A model generated the notes under the pieces. It did no database searches, was not told where the DNA came from, and was given only the letters and a program-made list of their open reading frames with translations. From the NCBI GenBank assembly GCA_043826435.1, contig JBDRQF010000038.1, positions 1-64,000 on the forward strand: 64,000 bases of DNA, written 5' to 3'. A program made the translations under genes and the position numbers. Numbering within the stretch: position 1 is the first letter of the stretch; the number at the start of each line of letters is the position of its first letter. Positions 57,386-64,000 of this stretch are shown here, one piece after another. Source of the DNA: Elusimicrobiota bacterium. GTDB lineage: Bacteria; Elusimicrobiota; Endomicrobiia; CG1-02-37-114; JAHJSO01.

Positions 57386-57706
57386 ATGAAAGAAAGCATA
57401 CATCCGAAATACGTTGAGGCAACCGTTAAATGCGCTTGCGGGAATACTTTTATAACCAGGTCAACCAAACCGGTAATAAAATTAGACATATGTTCAAAGT
57501 GCCATCCCTTTTTCACAGGCAAACAGAAACTCCTTGACAGCGCCGGCAGGGTTGAGAAGTTCAGAAAGAAATTCAAGGAAATAAAGGTCAGGGCCAGGAG
57601 GGTGAAGAAAACCCGCGTTTCGGTTAGCGCAGCGGCCAAAGCCAAAAGGAAACTGCTCACGTCATCCCCGAAGAAAAAGGCAAAAAAAGAAACGAAAGAA
57701 ATTTAG
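57386..57706 (+). CDS. rpmE: 50S ribosomal protein L31 (zinc-binding type) with Lys-rich tail
   Basis: [13 protein letters not shown]...[21 protein letters not shown] upstream. Confidence 0.95.
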   Translation: MKESIHPKYVEATVKCACGNTFITRSTKPVIKLDICSKCHPFFTGKQKLLDSAGRVEKFRKKFKEIKVRARRVKKTRVSVSAAAKAKRKLLTSSPKKKAKKETKEI

Positions 57707-57721
57707 GGAGGAGTCATCCGG

Positions 57722-57761
57722 GACAGGGCTTGGTTTTTGAAGGATACCGCCCTGTCTTTTT
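57722..57761 (+). terminator. Terminator-like hairpin after rpmE
   Basis: gacagggc...gccctgtc followed by TTTTT. Confidence 0.55.
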
Positions 57762-57787
57762 GATTTATAGAGGGATCCCGGCAACAA

Positions 57788-58855
57788 ATGAATTCCGCAT
57801 ATTTTGATGACCTTGAAAAAAAGTTCGTCCAGATTGAGAAGAAAATCATTGACCCGGACGTCATAAAAAACAAGACAGAATACAAAACGTGCCTGCAGGA
57901 GCACGGTTTTCTTTTGCCCCGGGTGCAGAAATACAGGGAACTGAAAAGAATCAACAGGCACATTAAAGAGTTGGATGAACTTATATCGGGTTCCGCCGAA
58001 GAGGAGATGGTATCCATGGCTGAACAGGAGAAAAAGGAATTCCTGGACAGATTATCCGGTGTTGAGCGCGCTCTAAGAGAGTTTGAAAGCAAAAAGAACA
58101 AGGACAGTTCTCCCGGAAGCATAATACTTGAAATACGCGCAGGCGCCGGAGGCGAAGAATCGGCGCTGTTTGCATCAGACCTGTTAAGAATGTATATGAG
58201 ATTTACTGAAAAGAAGGGATATAAGACGGAAATAATCAGTACGCATTCAACCGGGCTGAAAGGTTTAAAAGAGGTCTTTGTATCCGTAAAGGGGGAGGAC
58301 GCCTGGGATAACTTCAAGTACGAAAGCGGGACGCACAGAGTGCAGAGGGTGCCTGTTACCGAGTCATCCGGCAGGATACACACGAGTACGGCGACCGTTG
58401 CCGTTTTGCCCGAGGTTGATGATATTCATCTCTCAATAAAACCGGAAGAGTTGAGAATTGATACGTTCGGCGCATCGGGGCATGGGGGACAGCACCTGCA
58501 GAAAACGGAATCAGCCGTGCGCATTACTCACATCCCGACAGGGACAGTGGCGCAGTGCCAGGATGACCGTTCACAACTAAAGAACAAGGAAAAGGCGATG
58601 CGCCTCCTGCGCGCCCGCTTGTACCAGGAGAAAAAAAGGGAACAGGAGGAGAAAATTACAGCGGACCGCAGACAGCAGATAGGCGGCGCAAAGCGGGCGG
58701 AGAAAATAAGGACTTACAATTTTTCACAAAACAGGGTTACCGACCACCGACTGAACCATTCCGAATATAACCTGACCAAAATTTTAGACGGGCACATAGA
58801 CAATTTTATAAAACTGCTTAAAACCCATGAAAACGATACAGGAAATGCTCAGTAA
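57788..58855 (+). CDS. prfA: Peptide chain release factor 1
   Basis: EIRAG.GGEE, HRVQRVPVT (PxT motif), GGQ. Confidence 0.96.
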   Translation: MNSAYFDDLEKKFVQIEKKIIDPDVIKNKTEYKTCLQEHGFLLPRVQKYRELKRINRHIKELDELISGSAEEEMVSMAEQEKKEFLDRLSGVERALREFESKKNKDSSPGSIILEIRAGAGGEESALFASDLLRMYMRFTEKKGYKTEIISTHSTGLKGLKEVFVSVKGEDAWDNFKYESGTHRVQRVPVTESSGRIHTSTATVAVLPEVDDIHLSIKPEELRIDTFGASGHGGQHLQKTESAVRITHIPTGTVAQCQDDRSQLKNKEKAMRLLRARLYQEKKREQEEKITADRRQQIGGAKRAEKIRTYNFSQNRVTDHRLNHSEYNLTKILDGHIDNFIKLLKTHENDTGNAQ

Positions 58856-59711
58856 TGCATCGGCGCTGCTGAGGAAAAACGGGGTGCAAGAACCGGAGTT
58901 GGACGCAATGGTTTTGCTTTCAGATGCCATGGGATGTGCGGCCGCCGGAATATTTATGAAGAAGAACGTTTTCCTGCCGGGTCGTATTGAAAAGAAATTC
59001 CGGAAATATTTATCGGACAGGGCGCTCAGGAGACCGCTTCCGTATATAACCGGGAGTAAAGAATTTATGGGGCTGGAGTTCAGGGTGGCCGAAGGGGTTT
59101 TTATACCGAGACAGGAGACAGAAATTCTGGTGGAGAAGGTTATCGGTCTGGCTGGGCCAACGGGCAGGCCTCTCATCCTGGATGCCGGGACCGGCAGCGG
59201 GAATATAGCGGTTTCTGTTGCAATATCTGTACCGGGAGCCCGTATAGTCGCAGTTGACTTATCACGGGTTGCAGCCGGGCTGGCGAAGAAAAATGCATTA
59301 CGTCACGGCGTTGATAAAAGGATACGGTTTTTTGTTTCGGACATGTTAGCGGATAACTTTGCCCCTGCGCCGCAAGGGACACATTTTGATATAATCGTCT
59401 CAAACCCGCCGTATATAGCGGGGCATGAATTCAGTTCTCTCCAGGAAGAGATTCATTTTGAACCCCGCGAGTCGCTGGACGGCGGCGCCGACGGGTTAAG
59501 GTATTACCGGAAACTGAAAGATATAGGCCTGTTATACCTGAAGCCGGGAGGATATTTGTGTGTTGAAGTCGGGTGGGGGCAGGCGGCTGCGGTCAGGAAA
59601 ATATTTAAGGGGCGATGCAGCCGTTTTTTTACGGTTGAAAAAACCATAATGGATTATTCTGGCATTGAAAGAGTAGTAGTTGCCAAAAAAAATGGACAGG
59701 GTTATAATTGA
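58827..59711 (+). CDS. prmC: Release factor glutamine methyltransferase
   Basis: IPRQETE, D.GTGSG, NPPY, EP..LDGG.DGL. Confidence 0.95.
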   Translation: MKTIQEMLSNASALLRKNGVQEPELDAMVLLSDAMGCAAAGIFMKKNVFLPGRIEKKFRKYLSDRALRRPLPYITGSKEFMGLEFRVAEGVFIPRQETEILVEKVIGLAGPTGRPLILDAGTGSGNIAVSVAISVPGARIVAVDLSRVAAGLAKKNALRHGVDKRIRFFVSDMLADNFAPAPQGTHFDIIVSNPPYIAGHEFSSLQEEIHFEPRESLDGGADGLRYYRKLKDIGLLYLKPGGYLCVEVGWGQAAAVRKIFKGRCSRFFTVEKTIMDYSGIERVVVAKKNGQGYN

Positions 59712-60960
59712 AGGCGGGTACAAACTTAAAGGTGAAATAATAATTTCAGGGGCGAAGAACGCTGCGCTGCCCATACTCTTTGCAACACTGCTTACGGACC
59801 GCAGGTGCGTCCTGGATAATGTCCCTGATTTAAGGGACATTGATGCAGCGGTCTCTATCCTGAAATTTTTCGGGAAGGATGTTGAGAAAAAAGGCAACAG
59901 GGTGATGGTTTCAAACCGTGGCATCCCGGTCGGTTCGCTGACAGCCCCCTACGACCTGATTAAGAAGATGAGGGCGAGTTTTTTATCTGCAGGGCCGATG
60001 CTTTCACGTTACGGGAGAATAAAGGTATCGCTGCCGGGCGGATGCGCCATCGGTGTCCGTCCCGTTGATATACACCTTGACGGGTTTGAACGGTTGGGAG
60101 CGAAGGTTTCTCTGGAGGGCGGGTACATTGACATTACCGCCAAACATCTGAAAGGCGCCGACATTTACCTGAGGTATCCGAGCGTCGGGGCGACTGAAAA
60201 CCTGATACTTGCCTGCGCTCTCTCGCACGGTGTTTCCTGCATCCATAATGCCGCCAGGGAGCCCGAGATAGACGACCTTATTCGTTTCCTGAACGCCCTC
60301 GGTGCAGATATTGAGAGGACGGGGCCAAAGACGATAAGAATCAGGGGGGTAAAATATCTTAACGGGATAGATTCATACAGCATAATCCCCGACAGGATTG
60401 AAACAGGCACCTACCTTATAGCGGCCGCAGTTACGGAAGGTAAACTGACGCTCCTCAAGTGTAACCCGGAACACCTGCTGACCGTTACCGGGGCATTAAG
60501 AAAGGCAGGGTTAGGGCTGAAGATTACGCCGGATTCAATAGATGTAAGATACACGGGCAGGATAAACCCGGTTGACATAACCACGGCGCCTTATCCCGGT
60601 TTTCCGACGGATTTACAGGCCCAGTGGATGGTCTTAATGTCAAAGGCGTCCGGCAGTTCGGTAATAAGAGAAAAGGTTTTTGAAAACAGGTTCCTGCACG
60701 TTGCAGAACTTGTCCGATTGGGCGCCAAACTCATTGTTAATGGCAGGAACGTTTATGTCACCGGCGGCGGCCGGCTGACCGGTGCGACTGTTATGGTTTC
60801 GGATTTAAGGGCGGGCGCTGCTCTTTTACTTGCGGGTTTGCGCGCAAAAGGCGGGACGACGGTTACGCGGGTGTATCACCTTGACAGGGGATACGAGAAC
60901 TACGTGGATAAATTAAGCGGTGCGGGGGCGCACATAAAAAGAATAAAAGGGGATTTGTAA
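59692..60960 (+). CDS. murA: UDP-N-acetylglucosamine 1-carboxyvinyltransferase
   Basis: SGAKNAALP, LPGGCAIG.RP, SVGATEN, PGFPTD.Q, DLRAGA. Confidence 0.97.
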   Translation: MDRVIIEGGYKLKGEIIISGAKNAALPILFATLLTDRRCVLDNVPDLRDIDAAVSILKFFGKDVEKKGNRVMVSNRGIPVGSLTAPYDLIKKMRASFLSAGPMLSRYGRIKVSLPGGCAIGVRPVDIHLDGFERLGAKVSLEGGYIDITAKHLKGADIYLRYPSVGATENLILACALSHGVSCIHNAAREPEIDDLIRFLNALGADIERTGPKTIRIRGVKYLNGIDSYSIIPDRIETGTYLIAAAVTEGKLTLLKCNPEHLLTVTGALRKAGLGLKITPDSIDVRYTGRINPVDITTAPYPGFPTDLQAQWMVLMSKASGSSVIREKVFENRFLHVAELVRLGAKLIVNGRNVYVTGGGRLTGATVMVSDLRAGAALLLAGLRAKGGTTVTRVYHLDRGYENYVDKLSGAGAHIKRIKGDL

Positions 60961-60983
60961 TACCGGAGTTTTTTTTGTATAAT
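60955..60983 (+). promoter_or_regulatory. Promoter giving a probably leaderless hisD transcript
   Basis: TTGTAA-17 bp-TATAAT ending 8 nt before ATG 60992; no Shine-Dalgarno. Confidence 0.6.
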
Positions 60984-60991
60984 CTACTAAT

Positions 60992-62191
60992 ATGAAAAAT
61001 ACGGGCGGGCAGGTCAGGAAGAAGGTTGAGAAAATAATTGAAACGGTCAGGGCGGAGGGTGATTCAGCCGTTTCGCGCTGGACTGAAAAGTTTGACGGGG
61101 TAAAACTGTCGCCAGGTAAGTTTGCCGTTAACACGGATGATATTTTTAATTCCGGGAGGCATATAGACCGGGGCCTTAAAAAAGCGATTTTATCGTCAAA
61201 AAAGAACATTGAATTATTTCACAGGGAAGAATTAAAAAGGATTAAGAAGACGTGGACGATAAAGACCGGTGACTGCAAACTCGGCCAGGTTATAAGGCCG
61301 GTTGAAAATGCCGGGATATACGTTTCAGGCGGGAGGTACAATTATCCGTCCGTCGTCCTTATGACGGCGATACCCGCTCTGGTTGCGGGCGTTAAGGATA
61401 TCGTTATGGTAACGCCGCCGGGAAACCTGACCGCCCCGGTATTGTTTGCGGCGAAATGCGCCGGCATAAAAAGGATATTCCGTGTGGGAGGGGCGCAGGC
61501 AATCGCAGCCCTCGCCATTGGGACTGAAACAATACCGAAAGTGGATTTTATCGCAGGACCCGGCAACGAATACGTCACTGAGGCAAAAAGGCAGTTATTC
61601 GGCGAGGCGGGTATAGACCTGCTTGCAGGCCCGAGTGAACTGGCGGTAATTACCGACGGGAATGCAAACCCCGAGGCGGTGGCGTACGACCTTCTTGCCC
61701 AGGCGGAACACTCACCTGAAGCGAAGGTATGGTTGTTTTCGTCGTCAAAGAGATTTACCGGGCTCGTGAAGAGGGCGTTATATTCAAAAACAAAAAATAA
61801 AAAGCAGTTTAATTTTACATCCGCAGGGATAAACGCCCTTATCCGCAGGGTAAACGATGTGGCGCCGGAACACCTTGAAATCATGCTTAAAAACCCGCAT
61901 TCAATAATACCGCGGATAAAAAATGCAGGCGCAATATTCGTCGGCGACTACTCACCCGTGGCGCTGGGCGACTATTATGCGGGGCCGTCGCACGTCCTGC
62001 CTACGAATGCGACTGCAAGGTTTTCATCAGGGCTTTGCGCTCAGACGTTTATGAAATGCACCAGCATAATTGAATACACTAGGGGGGCGTTGAAAAAAGC
62101 AGCCGGCCCTGTGATGAAACTGGCGGAATCGGAAAAACTTTATAACCATGCCAAATCACTGGAGTGCCGCTTCACGGGCGGACGAGCGTAG
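60992..62191 (+). CDS. hisD: Histidinol dehydrogenase
   Basis: GGAQAIAALA.GTE, GPGN.YV, AGPSE, QAEH, APEHL, GDY.AGPSHVLPT. Confidence 0.96.
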   Translation: MKNTGGQVRKKVEKIIETVRAEGDSAVSRWTEKFDGVKLSPGKFAVNTDDIFNSGRHIDRGLKKAILSSKKNIELFHREELKRIKKTWTIKTGDCKLGQVIRPVENAGIYVSGGRYNYPSVVLMTAIPALVAGVKDIVMVTPPGNLTAPVLFAAKCAGIKRIFRVGGAQAIAALAIGTETIPKVDFIAGPGNEYVTEAKRQLFGEAGIDLLAGPSELAVITDGNANPEAVAYDLLAQAEHSPEAKVWLFSSSKRFTGLVKRALYSKTKNKKQFNFTSAGINALIRRVNDVAPEHLEIMLKNPHSIIPRIKNAGAIFVGDYSPVALGDYYAGPSHVLPTNATARFSSGLCAQTFMKCTSIIEYTRGALKKAAGPVMKLAESEKLYNHAKSLECRFTGGRA

Positions 62192-62215
62192 CGAGGACGC
62201 CCTGTGCACGACAAC

Positions 62216-62800
62216 ATGAAATCAAAAGTATTACGGAAGACGAAGGAAACGAACGTTGCAGTATCTATTAACCTGAGGGGCGGGGGGAAACATAAAATTT
62301 TCACCACAATTCCTTTCCTTGACCACATGCTCAGCGTGTTTTCTATGCACGGACTGATTGATTTAACCCTGCAGGCGTCAGGCGATACGGATGTTGACCA
62401 GCACCACCTGGTGGAGGACGTGGGTATAACGTTAGGGACGGCGATCAGGAAAGCCCTCGGGAGCAAGAAAGGCATCTCAAGATACGGGAACTTTCTTGTC
62501 CCGATGGACGAAGCGCTCTCTTATGTTGTCGTTGACATATCTTCTCGGCCGTACCTCCACTATAACGTCCGGTTCAGGCGGGGTTTGGTCCGGGGGGATT
62601 TTGACTTCGGGCTGATTGAGGACTTTTTCAGGGCGGTTGCAACCAATGGCGGACTGACCTTGCATATCTCCCTTCAGCACGGTAAAAATAACCACCATAT
62701 ATGCGAATCAATATTCAAGGGTTTTGGTAAGGCGCTGTCCATTGCTGTCCGGCCGCAACCCGGGCTGAAGGGTTGTCCGTCAACAAAAGGCAAACTCTGA
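62216..62800 (+). CDS. hisB: Imidazoleglycerol-phosphate dehydratase
   Basis: R.TKET, FLDHML, HH.VED, PMDE, NHH..E..FK, PSTKG. Confidence 0.96.
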   Translation: MKSKVLRKTKETNVAVSINLRGGGKHKIFTTIPFLDHMLSVFSMHGLIDLTLQASGDTDVDQHHLVEDVGITLGTAIRKALGSKKGISRYGNFLVPMDEALSYVVVDISSRPYLHYNVRFRRGLVRGDFDFGLIEDFFRAVATNGGLTLHISLQHGKNNHHICESIFKGFGKALSIAVRPQPGLKGCPSTKGKL

Positions 62801-63549
62801 TGGAAATAATACCTGCGATTGATATCAGGAAAGGGAAATGCGTAATGCTGACCCAGGGGAAACTGGAGAAAGAGACGATATACTCCAGCGACCCCGTTTT
62901 CATGGCGAGGATGTGGCAGGCAAAGGGGGCGAAACGGATTCACATAGTTGATTTGGACGGCGCTTTCTGTGGGGTCCCGCAAAACTGGCCCGTAATTGAG
63001 GAGATAAGGAAGTCCTGCAACGGTATTATTCTGGAGTTTGGCGGAGGGATAAGGAGCATAGAGACGATTGACAAACTCGTCCGGGCGGGGTATGACCGCA
63101 TAATCGTCGCCACTCTTTCAATATACAACCCCGACGAGGTCAGGAAGGCGGTGGAAAAATACGGCGAGAAGGTCATCGGGGCGCTGGACGTTGTGGACGG
63201 CAGGGTCGCAATAGGCGGGTGGAAAGACATTACGGAGATTGAGGCGCCCGAACTCCTGAAGAAATTGGAGGAGATGGGCATAAAGGAAGTCGTAGTGACC
63301 GACGTTATGAGGGACGGTATGCTCGGAGGCGCCAACATTGAAGAGATAAAAAACCTGGCGACTTCAACTTCAATCAAAATAATCGCTTCGGGCGGCGTAG
63401 GTTCAATTGAGGATATAAAAGCGATTAAAATGCTTGAACGCTACGGCGTTACCGGGGTGATTGTCGGCAAGGCGTTGTATAACGAGTCGGTGATTTTTGA
63501 AGAGGCGTTGTCGGTGGGGTCAGCGGTTGGGTATGAAAAAATTTCTTAA
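62800..63549 (+). CDS. hisA: ProFAR isomerase
   Basis: [35 protein letters not shown]. Confidence 0.95.
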   Translation: MEIIPAIDIRKGKCVMLTQGKLEKETIYSSDPVFMARMWQAKGAKRIHIVDLDGAFCGVPQNWPVIEEIRKSCNGIILEFGGGIRSIETIDKLVRAGYDRIIVATLSIYNPDEVRKAVEKYGEKVIGALDVVDGRVAIGGWKDITEIEAPELLKKLEEMGIKEVVVTDVMRDGMLGGANIEEIKNLATSTSIKIIASGGVGSIEDIKAIKMLERYGVTGVIVGKALYNESVIFEEALSVGSAVGYEKIS

Positions 63550-63904
63550 AAGCGTTAAGTTTGATAAGAACGGGCTGGTGCCTGCCGTAATACAGGACGT
63601 GCGGGACGGCGAAATCCTGATGGTCGCCTATATGAACAGGGAATCGCTTAAAAAGACAATCCTTGAAGGTGTGACATGGTTTTACAGCAGGTCAAGAAAA
63701 AAACTCTGGAAGAAAGGCGAGACCTCAGGCAACCTCCAGAAAGTAAAGGGCATATTTGTTGACTGCGACGCCGACTGCCTCCTGATTAAGGTTGTCCAGA
63801 AGGGGGATTGCGCCTGCCATACCGGTTACAGGAGTTGTTTTTTCAGAAAACTCTCTCCGCGCAACTGCTCGCTGAAAACGACCGGCCACAGAGTTAAGGG
63901 ATAA
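63533..63904 (+). CDS. hisI: Phosphoribosyl-AMP cyclohydrolase
   Basis: GLVPA..QD, SRSR..LW.KGETSG, DCD.D, ACHTG..SCF. Confidence 0.95.
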   Translation: MKKFLKSVKFDKNGLVPAVIQDVRDGEILMVAYMNRESLKKTILEGVTWFYSRSRKKLWKKGETSGNLQKVKGIFVDCDADCLLIKVVQKGDCACHTGYRSCFFRKLSPRNCSLKTTGHRVKG

Positions 63905-63907
63905 TGT

Positions 63908-64000
63908 ATGCATTACCCCGACCTACAGGGTTTCATCCGGTTATCAAATAAATACAACACGATACCCGTATTCAGGGAAATCATCACCGACTTAGAGACG
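63908..64000 (+). CDS. trpE: Anthranilate synthase component I, N-terminus (cut by the window edge)
   Basis: Translates as MHYPDLQGFIRLSNKYNTIPVFREIITDLET, matching the TrpE N-terminal IPV.RE...D.ETP pattern. Confidence 0.7.
   Translation, partial: MHYPDLQGFIRLSNKYNTIPVFREIITDLET

Noticed and set aside
1..64000. tRNA/rRNA genes, integrase, transposase, reverse transcriptase
   Set aside because: None was recognised by eye; tRNAscan-SE and HMM searches were not run

Overview
A 64-kb bacterial chromosomal window in which all credible genes lie on the + strand. The organism is a diderm; the gene repertoire suggests Elusimicrobiota, but that is an unverified inference. (1) 1-4.9 kb is an AT-richer accessory block: the C-terminus of an FGE-sulfatase/C-lectin protein with DGR-target-like features, small membrane proteins, a Ser/Thr kinase, an AAA ATPase and a metallophosphoesterase. 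(2) 5-25 kb is a housekeeping/envelope run: CpXC, DUF2851, tRNA nucleotidyltransferase, site-2 protease, trpS, scpAB, galT, glgA, csaB, ftsX/envC/ctpA-like genes, tsaD, larBC. (3) 25-50 kb is the most unusual part. It holds large secreted proteins with T9SS-like C-terminal sorting domains, each followed by a PorV-like barrel. A stand-alone mini-motor operon follows: a FliF(RBM3)-FliG fusion, MotA and two MotB paralogues, one with Asn at the essential Asp position, with no other flagellar genes in the window. Two arrays (7+3 copies) of a covarying hairpin, mostly capped by cUACGg, lie upstream of these genes. (4) 50-64 kb is housekeeping: hybrid kinase, FTR subunit, polA, coaE, rho, rpmE, prfA, prmC, murA, hisD-B-A-I and the start of trpE. 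About 24 copies of a REP-like element (TGTCATTGCGAG...GAAGCAATC) are scattered through the window, two of them in-frame inside tsaD. All family assignments come from motifs recognised by eye, not from database searches.
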